Origin: an uncultured Hormoscilla sp. | GTDB lineage: Bacteria > Cyanobacteriota > Cyanobacteriia > Cyanobacteriales > Desertifilaceae | Assembly: GCA_963921275.4 (NCBI GenBank) | Contig: OZ001293.3 | Span: forward strand, 5,408,001-5,472,000 | Direction: 5' to 3' | Length of the DNA stretch: 64,000 nucleotides | Shown: piece by piece, positions 20,294-31,967 of the stretch | Layout: each line of letters opens with the position of its first letter | Numbering within the stretch: the stretch's first letter is position 1 | Notes under the pieces: model-generated | What the model was told of the DNA's origin: nothing | Database searches by the model: none | The model's input: only the letters and a program-made list of their open reading frames with translations | Position numbers and translations under genes: made by a program

Positions 20294-21280
20294 TTATCCA
20301 TTTACCAAGACTGGCTGAATCCAGCGCCATTCACGTTCTTGCCGTTGTTCCCCTAATGCCACCCGTCGCCAATGACCGCGCCGCCAGTGAGTGCGGGGGG
20401 AGGCATGAATTGAATGAGGCGAAGTGGAGACACGCTCAGTTTTGGGCTGAAACTGCTGTCCGATAATGAGTGGATTAAGGAAGCCATTTTTTGATGTTTT
20501 TTTACTGAACCCTTGGTTTTTGGTAGAAATAGCAGGTGTTGTCAAGTCATCAGGACGTATTTGCAGGTACAGCAGCGTTTGTATGACAATCTTTTCTATG
20601 CGTAACAGAAATTGTTCTTCAAGATTCAGGTCTTCATTAGAGCCTAATATTCTACCATTATTTATTTCAAAATCACCACGAATAATCTGGTCTCCTAGCA
20701 GCCTTACTGTGTTGACATAGGCAACCCCGCTTCTCAAAATCGTTACCCAACGAAGTTGGTCGTATTTGGCAGGCATGTCGGAGGAAATTGTGATTGACCC
20801 AAATTGTATATCTGGCAACTTAAATCCTTGGGGCAAATGCTGAAAGAAAACCCAATCACACTGATCGCCATCGGGATTGATGATGCGATCGCGTGGCAGC
20901 ATGATAATCCCAAATGGCACAGGCATCTTTAAGTCTGCGATTATTTTGGGCAAGTCCGACTCATCAAATGCATTGAACAAATTCTTATGTAGCCACCACA
21001 CCGGAAACGGATTGTGCGCTAACTGCCATGCAGAGCAAATCGTTAAAGTCCAGCTAAAATCAGAAGTTATCTGGTTAATTAAAACACTTTTAGGTACTTC
21101 TGATTCAAATGATTCAAAGATAAACAGTTGGTATGCTAGACTCTTGCTCACAGTGAAGAATGGCTCATATCCATCTACTTTTCGGTATCGACGTTCGAGC
21201 TTTTTGTACCAATGCGATCGCTTTGCACGTTCAAGCCCTTGACGATATATAACTTTTGCTTCAGCTAAAGTGGAGTTCAT
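20294..21280 (-). CDS. Hypothetical protein
   Basis: 328-aa uninterrupted, relatively AT-rich ORF; C-terminal SPRTHWRRGHWR...WIQPVLVNG motif. Confidence 0.75.
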   Translation of the reverse strand: MNSTLAEAKVIYRQGLERAKRSHWYKKLERRYRKVDGYEPFFTVSKSLAYQLFIFESFESEVPKSVLINQITSDFSWTLTICSAWQLAHNPFPVWWLHKNLFNAFDESDLPKIIADLKMPVPFGIIMLPRDRIINPDGDQCDWVFFQHLPQGFKLPDIQFGSITISSDMPAKYDQLRWVTILRSGVAYVNTVRLLGDQIIRGDFEINNGRILGSNEDLNLEEQFLLRIEKIVIQTLLYLQIRPDDLTTPAISTKNQGFSKKTSKNGFLNPLIIGQQFQPKTERVSTSPHSIHASPRTHWRRGHWRRVALGEQRQEREWRWIQPVLVNG

Positions 21281-21536
21281 TGCGATCGAATTTTGATACT
21301 TTTCTTTTTAGTTACTGTAGCTCATTTTGGGGTTTTTGTCCATCCATAATAAGCGCACAATCACTGGTCGCAGGACGCTCGCTCGCAACTCGCTCGGACT
21401 TCCCTAACGCCAGTAGCCAGGATAAAAGTGACGCAGGAGGCAGAGCCTCGGTGCGACGTTCCCTGCCAGAGTCAGGGAACCAGAGAATAAAAGAGTCAGA
21501 GAACGAGAGAACCGAGAGCATCTCACTTTTAGAATT

Positions 21537-21592
21537 TAGCCCGCGTAGGCGGGCTTTGTTTGTGTAGCCGGACCCTTTAGGGTTCGGGCGGG
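21537..21592 (-). repeat. Uninterrupted REP-like element, equivalent to the empty site of intron copy A
   Basis: Reverse complement reads CGCCCGAACCCTAAAGGGTCC-GGCTACACAAACAAAGCCCGCCTACGCGGGCTA; related copy at about 47342-47399. Confidence 0.85.
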
Positions 21593-21603
21593 GCAGCTTA
21601 TCA

Positions 21604-22263
21604 CTAGGACTGAAGGGCCATTGCCGGGAAAGTAACTTTGATGCCACCCAGACCGCAATAGCCATTGGGGTTTTTGGCCAGGTACTGCTGATGGTAGTCC
21701 TCGGCGTAGTAGAATTCGGGAGCCTCAAGAATCTCTGTTGTGATTTGACCCTTACCTGCCTTGTTTAGGGCTTGCTGATAAATGTCTCGTGAGGCAACGG
21801 CGAGTTTCTTCTGCGCCTCGGAATAGACGTAAATGCCCGATCGATACTGGGTGCCGGTGTCATTGCCCTGGCGCATTCCTTGGGTAGGGTCGTGACTTTC
21901 CCAGAAGACTTGCAGCAGGGTTTCGTAACTGATGACTTTGGGGTCGAACACGACGCGCACTACTTCATTGTGCCCCGTCATCCCAGTACAGACTTCCCTA
22001 TAGGTAGGGTTGGGAGTTAAACCTGCTGCGTAACCCACTGCGGTGGTGAAAACTCCTTCTTGTTGCCAGAATTTGCGTTCTGCGCCCCAGAAACAGCCCA
22101 GACCAAACATTGCCATTTCCAGTCCCTCGGCATAGGGAGGTTTGAGGGGGTTGCGGTTGACATAATGTTGAGAGGGGACGGGCATCGTCTCTGTCCGTCC
22201 TGGCAAGGCAGTTTCAGGAGTGGGGAGGGTGAGTTTTTTCTGACTGAGTCCAAATAGCGCCAT
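21604..22263 (-). CDS. msrA: Peptide methionine sulfoxide reductase A
   Basis: [37 protein letters not shown]. Confidence 0.96.
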   Translation of the reverse strand: MALFGLSQKKLTLPTPETALPGRTETMPVPSQHYVNRNPLKPPYAEGLEMAMFGLGCFWGAERKFWQQEGVFTTAVGYAAGLTPNPTYREVCTGMTGHNEVVRVVFDPKVISYETLLQVFWESHDPTQGMRQGNDTGTQYRSGIYVYSEAQKKLAVASRDIYQQALNKAGKGQITTEILEAPEFYYAEDYHQQYLAKNPNGYCGLGGIKVTFPAMALQS

Positions 22264-22365
22264 AATTTTCTGCTTGTTGGCTGAGTTGTTTACTTTTCTT
22301 AATATTCTAATATACAAAGGCTGTCATGGGGGCGGGCCCAATACTTCAAGGTTTTGCATTTTAGA

Positions 22366-22576
22366 TGTCATTGCGAGGGGGGGTACGTAGCGATTAACTT
22401 ATGATCGACCGAGTTAACCCCCCCGTTAGCGCAGCGGCCCGACGCCAGGAGGGCTAGCAATCGAGACGCCGACGCCAAAGCGCTCTTCCTCTCATACAGG
22501 GTGAGGGGATTGCTTCGGGGGGAGATCCTGGTGGCGAACCCCATAATGTTAGTTTGTATCCCCCCTCGCAATGACA
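22366..22576. repeat. Palindromic repeat / MITE with TGTCATTGCGAG termini
   Basis: TGTCATTGCGAGGGGG...CCCCCTCGCAATGACA with internal AGCAATC/GATTGCTTCG; second copy 27750-27905, half copy near 30277-30294. Confidence 0.85.
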
Positions 22577-22581
22577 AATTA

Positions 22582-23517
22582 TTAACCGAGAAGTATTGGG
22601 GGCGGGGCCACTGTACTGAGGACAGTCATGGGACCGCAATCTTTGAGGATCTGCATTTGCTGCTGGTTGCGGACTAGCAGGGCCCCAGCAAATCCCAGGG
22701 AGTTAACTGAAATTGATTGGAAATCTTCGCGCGATCGGGGGACGACGAGCATCCATTCCCTGGTAGCGAGGAGATTGTAGGCACCGGATTGCCTGTCGCC
22801 AGTTACCTCTATCCCTACAGCACCTAACAGATTATGATAGCACTGCTGGGTGATTTTAGCAGCCTCTTGGGGGGATTTTACCAGATCGGGGTCTCCCCGG
22901 GCGATCGCATGTCGGAACGGAAAGCTCGGTATCCTGCCCACGGTATCGTCAAATGTCGCCGATGCGATCGCCTCATCGATAGGTGTCTGAGGTCCGTCAC
23001 CGAGGGGCAGGGGGACAATTTGCAAATGCTTGTGTCGCTGACTAGCACCTGCAATTTTCCCACCATTATAAAATGCCAAGCACTCAAATTCAGCCATGCA
23101 AGCCCACATCGCCTCAAAATCATGCTCTGTGAGCCAGGTTTCCTGTTCCTCAAACGAGCGCGTGACTATCAGTATATGACTATCTACAACATTGTATTTA
23201 TTTAACAGACATAGGTGAGTCTCAGAAATGTCAGCAACAAACAGTTCCTCCTCGTAGGAAAGGAAGGGGTTAAATTCCTTACCCGAACTAGCGGTTTTCT
23301 TGTCTTGCTGCTTTTTGGCTGCATCCTTGCGGGCGAGGTTGGACAAGATGCGCACTAAAAAGCGAATACCAGAGTTTTCCACGAACTCGCACTCTGTTGG
23401 AATGGGTTGGAGGGCACCGCAGGCGAGTGCATGGGCGGTGCGTTCAGTTATCTTTTGCCACAAGCTGCCTGGTTGCAGCATCAAGATGTCCCGTGTAATT
23501 GGTTTTGACTCGGACAT
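22582..23517 (-). CDS. ATP adenylyltransferase / Ap4A phosphorylase II family (start uncertain)
   Basis: FNPFL, LLNKYNVV, FYNGGKIAGASQRHKHLQ, YNLLATREWMLVVPRS, VNSLGFAG. Confidence 0.88.
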   Translation of the reverse strand: MSESKPITRDILMLQPGSLWQKITERTAHALACGALQPIPTECEFVENSGIRFLVRILSNLARKDAAKKQQDKKTASSGKEFNPFLSYEEELFVADISETHLCLLNKYNVVDSHILIVTRSFEEQETWLTEHDFEAMWACMAEFECLAFYNGGKIAGASQRHKHLQIVPLPLGDGPQTPIDEAIASATFDDTVGRIPSFPFRHAIARGDPDLVKSPQEAAKITQQCYHNLLGAVGIEVTGDRQSGAYNLLATREWMLVVPRSREDFQSISVNSLGFAGALLVRNQQQMQILKDCGPMTVLSTVAPPPILLG

Positions 23518-23607
23518 GGAAGTTCGATCGACTGTACTTGTGCCACTCTTTGATTTTAGCAGCATTATCTAGCGGTTTCAAATCCTTCACTACGCTTTTA
23601 ACCCGCC

Positions 23608-23655
23608 TTCAGTGTCTCGTGGGAGCGCTACTCGCACTACCCACGAGACACCGAA
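23608..23655. repeat. Single-unit hairpin mini-element inserted in a REP
   Basis: TTCAGTGTCTCGTGGG-AGCGCTACTCGCACTA-CCCACGAGACACCGAA. Confidence 0.85.
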
Positions 23656-23831
23656 GGTTCAAACCCCCGGCTAATAGCTAAAGTCGGTTTTAACCGACTA
23701 ATAAATTTTGAAAAATTTTCCTCTACGTGAAATTAGATCGTAATCAATTTAATGTTTTATTGTGGACCATTTTTTCAAAATGGTATTACAATAATGGGTT
23801 GTCGGCAACCAGCGCAATTCACAATTAGCAA

Positions 23832-24293
23832 TTAACAATTCACAATTAACAAACCACGCTGAACTGCTTCCGCTAATGCTTCTGATTTTCGGAGCTGTCC
23901 GATCTGGTAAATTTGCATCAGGGCTAGTAGTTCCATTTGCTCTGCTTCAGTCAGTCCTGTAGCTTTCCCCCTTGCTTGCAGTTCGCCGAGGCGATCGTTT
24001 TGCACGGCATCCATCTTAGCATCGGCTAATTTTAGTACCTCTGCATCTGAAAGACTTGATACTGGTGGGTAAAAGCTACTATCCGGCTGACCCTCTAATG
24101 CGGACCATAGCATTGACAGTGTATCTGCGATCACCTCTGCTTCGATGTACTCCGGGCGCACTACATGCGCTGCGCGCACGCTGCGCGATCGTACTGCCCG
24201 TCGCACATCGACATCTCGCAGGGTGGCATTTCCCAGCCATTTCGCCTGTTCGACTACGCTTTCTGGCAATGCAATCGTTACTTCAACAGTCAT
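23832..24293 (-). CDS. Hypothetical antitoxin-like protein with an in-frame repeat insertion of about 23 codons
   Basis: LSDAEVLKLA, GQLRKSEALAEAVQRGL; insertion 24142-24211 bounded by TCGATG/CATCGA. Confidence 0.65.
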   Translation of the reverse strand: MTVEVTIALPESVVEQAKWLGNATLRDVDVRRAVRSRSVRAAHVVRPEYIEAEVIADTLSMLWSALEGQPDSSFYPPVSSLSDAEVLKLADAKMDAVQNDRLGELQARGKATGLTEAEQMELLALMQIYQIGQLRKSEALAEAVQRGLLIVNC

Positions 24294-24519
24294 TGTTTAA
24301 TCTGTCCTAGAGTGCTTATCTCTAGTATACACCCCGATCGGGCGATCGTCTCCCTAATCTTAAATCGGCAGGTTCAAACCTGCCGCTACACAGACAAAGT
24401 CCGCCTGCGCGGACTATAATTGTTTGATAACTGTTCTTCGGGATTTTATCTCATGGGTCGATCGCTGTTACACAAGGGCGGGATGAAGGGCGAGCGCCAA
24501 TTCTCAAAATTACCCTATT

Positions 24520-24858
24520 TCAGTCTTCATCTAGAGCCATAAAAGCTTCTTCAATCCTCCACAAATTATCTTTATTGTCAATCAACCACTTCCGACTTTC
24601 TGGGGTCAATTGTTCCCAAATTATTTCCATCGGCACGTGGGGAGATGCATATCGATACTTCTGCCCCAGGGATTTCAGATTTTTCTCAACTTCAGGAGGA
24701 ATATCAAACTCTTGCCAGTCAACTTCTAAATCTTTTCCCGAAACTCCGCCACCCGGGTTATCAACCACTTGTGCTACTCTGATGAAGTCTGCAAAATGTC
24801 TGGGTTTCAGTCCCGTTGTCTTCTGAATTTCCAGTGCTTTTTCTTTCTCTTGCGTCAT
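24520..24858 (-). CDS. Hypothetical protein
   Basis: Clean 112-aa ORF with an acidic C-terminus. Confidence 0.65.
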   Translation of the reverse strand: MTQEKEKALEIQKTTGLKPRHFADFIRVAQVVDNPGGGVSGKDLEVDWQEFDIPPEVEKNLKSLGQKYRYASPHVPMEIIWEQLTPESRKWLIDNKDNLWRIEEAFMALDED

Positions 24859-24980
24859 GTTCGCTTATGGGTGAATATCAATCATCCATCTTTTATACGA
24901 TAACTCTTTCCCACCCCCCGATTTTTCCAACTTTCTTAATCTTTGCAGCAGTTGCGAGTCGATCGTAGGATGAACCAACA

Positions 24981-25490
24981 CTATTTCAGAACTATCTCCA
25001 TAAATACACAGTACTTTCGATATTCTTGAGGAATCTCACTTTCAGCATATGGCTCTATTTCTTGGAAGCCTAAGGAACGATAAAGCGCTTGTGCTTCTTT
25101 TGTGAAAGGGGTACTGTATAATCTAATTTTTTGGTAACAAATTTGACTAGCTGCGGCCATGATGGCTGTTAATAAAGACCGACCTATCTCTTGGCGGCAA
25201 TATTCATATCTCATGTACATTCTCTTAATCTCACCAACATCTTGACCAATCTTTTTCAGTCCAACGCAACCAACTATTTTCGTCTCATATTCTGCTAGAA
25301 ACAATCTTCCTGCCGGCGGAGCAAATTGATGGAGTTTAGCCATATCCTGCTCTAAGGTCGCCTGCATGTCAAAACTAATCTTAAATTCTCGGATGACCAT
25401 CCCATTAACTTATATCAGATATTCCCAGAACATTTCCTGCACGTGAGATTTATGTGCTTCGGTTTCTGCTTGAATAATCTTCACTTCCAT
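24981..25490 (-). pseudogene. GNAT acetyltransferase with an in-frame stop
   Basis: MEVKIIQAE...WEYLI*VNGM; VGCVGL, GEIKRMY, AQALYRSLGF. Confidence 0.8.
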
Positions 25491-25769
25491 CTATTACTTC
25501 TGTCCTAGATTGGGTATCTATAGTAGACAACATGAGCGGGCGTTTGTCCCCTTAATCTTAAATTAAGAAACCCGGTAATTCCGGCAAAACCGGGTTTCTG
25601 AGCTACTAGAGAATAGGCCCCGTGCGAAGAATCTCAAGCTCCTGACAAAGTCCGCCGTATTTTTCCCGCTCGCAACCCAAGCAGGCCATCCCCAAGACAG
25701 GGGATAGAGATTGCGATCGTTCCATTCTTGATGTCCTCGCAATCAATAAAATTACAAGTCATAGAGATA

Positions 25770-26397
25770 TTTAAACTAGTTAACAAATATCTGTGCATTT
25801 GGGTGGTTAGGATCTATAATTCGCTCCATAACACCATTATGCAGTTGGCGTCCTGGCGGATCTTGCCATGCTAGCCATGTGTGAATGTAAGCCTTGTCAG
25901 TCTGCTCTTATTTGAACGGCGCACCTTGATGTTTAGCTTCTTGAACTACCGACTGCGTGTAGGTCCACAGTAACTCACCTTGACTGGGAATCATATTAGC
26001 CAAAAACGTCTCAAGCATACCGCTTATCTTGTTATCTGGCAAAATCCAAACCCCGAACTTAACGCCAAAACTGGTGTTATGAATCAAACCTGTTTCCGGT
26101 ATCTGTTCGGGAATATCGGGAATGCTTCTCTTGCATGCATTCCGAATGCTTTGCCATCGACTTGCTGGATATTCGTCAGCATCGACCATTAGTCCTAAAA
26201 CAGAAAGTCCGGAGGCTTTCAACTCGGTATAAATTACGTCTGGATCGAGGATCAGGGTGACGCCACCATAAGATTTGATGTAGACATTCGGATTTTTTTT
26301 CTCTCCAAGAAATGCCATTAGCTTCAATCAATACTGGTATGACTCGCTTATCAGAGTCACCTTCTACTAAGAGCTTCTTTCTGTGCAGACCTGCCAT
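25770..26397 (-). pseudogene. DUF3226-like protein, frameshifted and with an internal stop
   Basis: LLVEGDSDK, LGLMVDAD, FGVWILPDN...GMLETFL; reading continues KAYIHTWLAWQDPPG after a stop. Confidence 0.75.
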
Positions 26398-26401
26398 ATA
26401 A

Positions 26402-27425
26402 TTAACGCACCTCTATACCACGTTCTGCAGCAATGGCGATTTCCCGTTCATTAAAGACTACCGCAGTTGTCTTGCCTTGCTCTATTCGTTGAATAGTAAT
26501 GCCATGCCGATCTACATTTTCATTGTTAGCGATGCTAGCTAAACTGGTCCAGCAGTCACTGTTATGGGTAGTCGCGAAAACCTGAACATCCAGCTTTATG
26601 GCTATTTCCCAGATGACTCTCCACATGTCAGACATAGTAGTAAAGTGAAGTCCACTGTCGATCTCGTCAACCAGTAACACTCCTCCTTGGGTGCATAGGA
26701 TCGCGAGTACGAGTCCCAGCATCCGCCAGACCCCATCTCCCATACTACCGATCGGTATGGGTTGGTTGCGATCGGAGCATCGTACCAAAAAACCACCGCG
26801 TTCTCTCCGTTCCCTAGTGCTATACCGAGATTTATCAGGACCAACTGAAGCGATGCGCTCAATTGTGGGTTCGATCGCCTGAAGCGTCTAGATCGCGATC
26901 GCCTCTTCGGGGGTCAATACAACCCGATCGAACATAGCAATAAGATTCGCTACTTCTAAGGAACACGGGGTTCAGAATTGCGTCTTCGTCACGCTGCCAA
27001 GTTTCCGCCACTTTCGGATATAATTGGTAGAAAGACCTGCACGGGGTTATCAAGGCAGCTTGATATCTTCTTCCACTTCCTGTCCAGTCCAGTTAACAAC
27101 CAGATTTAGTTCTCCTAAGTCTCTATCCTCATCCCAGTTTACTTGTTCGGACTGTTCTATGGGATGAATTGATGCCACCAGCTTCTCCTGATAGTTGCTA
27201 TGCACTCCCACTATCGATAATTTCCTGCCTGGTGCGGTATCCTGTCCGTAAAAAAGGTGACGAATGTCCAATTCCAAAGCGCCATTTTTCCTACTGTCTG
27301 TCTCAGTCTACCAATACTCTCCTCGGTAAGTCATTAACCGCTGAAGTGAAACCATATACGTGCGGAAGCAGAGGATTTGGATTGCTTCTAAAATCGAAGT
27401 TTTTCCGCTATTATCGTTCACCCCG
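26402..27425 (-). pseudogene. AAA/ABC-type ATPase, partner of the DUF3226 gene, fragmented
   Basis: Walker A remnant GVNDNSGKTSILEA near 27400; SMGDG signature, Walker B LLVDEIDSGLH, QVFATTH. Confidence 0.8.
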
Positions 27426-28115
27426 ATGGCAAGTGAATCTCTGGATGCATGCCACAGACTAACCTAGGATTTACGTAAGCGCTGACTACAAGAGTTCAAA
27501 GAAAAACTAGAGGCGACTCGCCTCTATTCGCAAAGGTGCAAAATGTAGTATATTTATTGTCAAGTCATCCTTAAAAAGCGGCAACTATCCTGGGAAATAT
27601 TTCCTCCGGGATATATTGTCCGATCGCCCCATAGATTGGCTGTATATGATAGAATATCATCAACATTTATAGTTTAAGCTATACTCGCAAAGGGATTGCG
27701 CTGCGCGCACGCTACGCGAACGACTTGCGCTTTTTTGCTAGATTGAATGTGTCATTGCGAGGGGGGCCAACGCGAGATTACCTTGCACTCACGCGGCCAG
27801 TCCCCCGAAGCAATCTCCGGCGGTCGTGCCCTTTAGGAGATTGCTTCGGGGGGAGTCACTCAAGAGGCACAAGGATCTCTCAATTATCCCCCCCTCGCAA
27901 TGACACTATTGACCCCTTAAGCGTAGTTCCTGACCGTTCGGAGTATAGTTGTTAGGGCAATTAAATAACCAGAGGTGAACTGGAATTCAGATTGCTATAC
28001 TGTAACTGGGCATGAAAATTGCTATGGGAAGGCGGCGGACAGTTGGGAAGTGCCTTCAGACTTCGGACTAATTACCGCGTACATATACAGAGAAAGCGTT
28101 CAAAGGAAATAGACC

Positions 28116-29225
28116 ATGACAGAAAACACCAACAACTCTAATGGGAAGCATAATGATACTCAAACTGAAACTAGCGGAGAAAGTCTAACCAAGATTATCC
28201 GCAATCTCAACTCAGATAATAAAGAGGTTCGTAGCTAGGCTTTATGGAAGCTGTTCGCTCTCTGTTGGCATAAGAAAAAACAGTTGGATCGGGACGCATT
28301 TTTCCTGGTCCAATTTCTAGTTGAATGCCTGCAAAAGGAGTCGGAACCAGAAATATTAGACCTAATTCTCTTCCATCTGGCACACTTGGCGACGGTATCT
28401 CCTTGTCGTCCCACGCAGGTTGCTTTAGAATGGGTGCTTGCCACTTATGATGAAGTTTACGAAGGGATTGATATTTACCTGGATTTGCTCGCACACCCCT
28501 CGCCCCAAGTCAGAATTGCGGCAGCATACACCCTGTCCTGCTGCAAGTCAGAGGTCGCCACCAGAATCTGTAGCCAATTGTCTAGACGGTTTGACGGCGA
28601 ACCGGATGTGATGGTAAGATCGACAATCCTGTTGTGTCTGGCATTTCTCAACGAGAAAATCTCTGTGAGTCCTGGGTTATTTGAGTCTATATTGAACTCA
28701 AAGGAAGAAGAAATTGTGAAGCTGGCGGGGGTCTGCGCCCTTGCCTATGTGACCGGGGAAAACATGCCGGACTACGCCTGTGACTTACTCGTGCATCTGT
28801 GGGACAAACCTCAATGGTTGAAAAGACTGGCTAATCACTACGATCGGAGAATGGTAAAAATTCATCGCCAGAGACTCGTGGACTTTATCAGACCTCTCGG
28901 TCATCGGCACGCTGGCCAGACGATCCCGGTTCTCTGGAAAGGGATACAATACTACCAATTTGAGGCGATCGATCTCGCTTTTGCAGAAATAGCTTTCGGC
29001 ATTGAAAAACTCCCAGAGGGAATCAGGATTCATGACTTGACAGATAACCAGCAACTGGTTTTAAGGTTAATTGCAGATACCACCAAAACCGGACAAGAAC
29101 CAATTTATAGGAAACGAACATTAAAGTTTATCGGCATTGGTCAAGTTTCTCCCAGTGATGGGTACTATGCGCGGAAAAAGCTCTTGAGCTTTCTCAATGG
29201 TGCGAAAGTGAAATATGATAAATAG
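28116..29225 (+). pseudogene. HEAT-repeat protein, paralog 1, N-terminus frameshifted
   Basis: YLDLLAHPSPQVRIAAAYTL, EPDVMVRSTILLCL; colinear with paralog 2. Confidence 0.65.
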
Positions 29226-29310
29226 GAATGAGTCCGAATGGGGAGGCGATCTTGGCATCAAGAAACCCGGGTTTCTAGGCGACCGGTGAAGAGGCAGGAG
29301 GAAATAGACT

Positions 29311-30210
29311 ATGAGCGATCGTCGATTAACGGTATCTGTGAAATTTCCCAATAATGGTAAAGGTTGGTGTTTTTTACTGGCGGATATAGTCAATGATATC
29401 CGCCATCTCGCCTCAGACAATAAAAAGGTTAGGGAGAAGGCTTTATGGGATCTGTTTGAGCTATGCTGGCATCAGGGAACTTTGTATTGGCAAGCAGCTT
29501 TCGTCGCACCATTTCTAATTGAACGCCTCCCACATGAGTCAGAACCAGAGCTATTGGAGATAATTCTGTGGATTTTTGCACCGCTGGCGTGTCGGGAGGC
29601 CCTACTGGTAATACGTCTGAGGAACTCTATTGGGCCCGTGCCACTTATGGGCAAGTTTACAGAGAAATCGATGTTTACCTCGATTTGCTGGAACATTCCT
29701 CGTCCGAAGTTAGAATTGCAGCAATATACATGCTTGCATTCTGTAAGCGAGATGCTGCGATGATTGGCGATAAACTCGGTATAAATTTTCGCAACGAACC
29801 AGAAGAAATGGTGAGAGCAACCATTCCGTATTGTCTGGCATTTATCAGCGACAATACGCCTGTAGATACTATGTTTTTTGAGGAAATATTAAACTCAGAT
29901 GATGCCGAGATTGTGAAACTAGCCGCAGGGAACACTCTGGCCTATGTTGCTGGCGAAAATATGCCGGAGTATGCCTTGTCAATCCTCCAGCGTCTGTGGG
30001 AAAATACTAAGTTAGTGGATAGACTCGCTAAGCATTCCGATCCTATTGAAACAATTCATGACAAGAGATTACTAGACTTTTTGAAGCCTCTTAACGATCG
30101 GCAAATTGCTAAGATTATCCCCAGGATCTGGCAAGAATGGGGTGAATACTACCGCGATTTGGATGCGATCGAACTAGCTTTCGGAGACCTATTTAGGAAA
30201 AAGAAAAAAG
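29311..30210 (+). pseudogene. HEAT-repeat protein, paralog 2, frameshifted near 29570 with displaced C-terminus
   Basis: WHQGTLY, YLDLLEHSSSEVRIAAIYML; the matching C-terminal segment is at 31425-31648. Confidence 0.7.
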
Positions 30211-31156
30211 CCGAGATCCTTGTTCTCAGGGACTTTCCCAATTTTGAATTTTGAATTTTGAATTTTGAATTGCTTACCCCCCCCTCGCAATGACGCCCTA
30301 TATCCAAAACCTTGAAGTATTGGGACTACCGGGACAAGAACAGCGATGGCGACGATCGTATGCCAGTAGTGCCGTGATTGATATGGCTGCTGATGGGTGG
30401 AAGTGATGCCAACTTGATGCAGTGAGTGCCGGTGCTTTTGGCTTCGGGGACCGGCTAATCCGGGATTGGGGCTGCGCAACAATACTCAAGTTATTCGCTG
30501 CGATATATAGTAGACTTTGGTGTTTATACCTTGGCGGATGATGGTGAAACACAGAATTTGTACGGCTATTTCAGTTGGGAGCCTACAATTGTCGTACAAT
30601 AAGTCTGTTTGCTTGAGCCGGTATAGTAGAGCGCAGAGCTTGTAGGGTGCGCCAGCGAAAGCGTAACGCACCAATTCCTACCACTATCATCTAAGGGCAA
30701 ACCGTTTTTAAAACGGTTTGCCCTTTTGAGAAAGGAGCGATCGCATCCTATAAGTTTCCTAACTTGGCTTGAGAGTACTGGCAAGCCAGATTAATGACCG
30801 TTAAAAAAACGCAAAGCTGCGATCGCTATTTCTCTGGGGATGGAGATGTTGCGATCGCACCCGAGATCTCGACTTGGAGAATTCCAGTCATAACAAAAAT
30901 AGTTACAACTCAGATACAACTCAGATACAACTCAGATACAACTCAGTCGATCTCGAGTTAAACCATTGCTCTCACCTGAAATGTAGGCTTTTCTGGAAAA
31001 ATCTAAGTCATAACGAAAACAGATACAAGTCAGATACAAGTCAGTCATTCTCGGGTTTGAACTCGGGTAGCTGTGGAGGGGTGTGGTCAAAACCAGTTGG
31101 TAAAGAAAAGGTAAAATTATGACGATTTCACTGGTTGATAAGCGGCTCCCGCCCGG

Positions 31157-31313
31157 CTTTGTATTATATTTACTACATGTAAACAGAAATTTAGTATTAC
31201 GTTCGCTACGATGTAATCTGTCAGCGTCGATCGCGTTTTGTATTATATACTACAAATAATCCGCAAATTTAGTATTACGTTCGCTACGATGTAATCTGTA
31301 AGCGTCGATCGCG
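31157..31313. repeat. Tandem duplication of about 79 bp
   Basis: TTTGTATTATAT...AAATTTAGTATTACGTTCGCTACGATGTAATCTGT-AGCGTCGATCGCGT occurs twice. Confidence 0.85.
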
Positions 31314-31424
31314 TAGGCGTAGCCGTGTGCTCGGCGTCTCCACCGAAGCACTATTCGTACTACCCAGGAGACATCGGCAGCGCAATCCTTTTGGCCAGGA
31401 TATCAACTACTTTTGACCACACCC

Positions 31425-31648
31425 AGAAAAAACTCCCCGAGGGAACAACCATCCATGACTTGACAGATAGTCAGCAACTTGTGTTAAAGTTGATTGCAGA
31501 TGATACCAGTACTGGACAAGAAAGTCGTTACAGGTATACATTAGAATCGATCGGGATTAGCAGTCCAGTCCATCGAAAGGATGAGTCGTCTGCACGGGAA
31601 AATCTGATGCGCTTTCTCAATGGAGAGAAGCTGGAATATGATAGATAG
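31425..31648 (+). pseudogene. C-terminal fragment of the HEAT-repeat paralog family
   Basis: KLPEGTTIHDLTDSQQLVLKLIADDT...FLNGEKLEYDR matches the end of paralog 1. Confidence 0.75.
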
Positions 31649-31661
31649 AGAGGTAGATATA

Positions 31662-31967
31662 ATGAATCAAAGACAGATAATTTCATCCCTATCGACAGAA
31701 GAACGAGAAAGTCTTGACAAAAGAATCAATTTACTAGCCATATCGGGAACTGTTCCTAAGTCTATTCAAGCGGAACTATTGGAATTAGAGAAGCGCTTAC
31801 AAACATTTGAATCCCAATATCAGATGTCGTCTGCAGAATTTTACCGCCGCTTTCGTGCCGGCGAGTTAGGTGATGCAATGGACTTTTTTGAATGGAGTGT
31901 ATTCTATGAAATGTGGATTAATTTTCCTGCACGGCCTTCGCCGCTTCCCGTTCCGCCTTTATCTTGA
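31662..31967 (+). CDS. Hypothetical antitoxin-like protein
   Basis: FESQYQMSSAEFYRRFRAGELGDAMDFFEW motif; GAGG RBS. Confidence 0.6.
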   Translation: MNQRQIISSLSTEERESLDKRINLLAISGTVPKSIQAELLELEKRLQTFESQYQMSSAEFYRRFRAGELGDAMDFFEWSVFYEMWINFPARPSPLPVPPLS

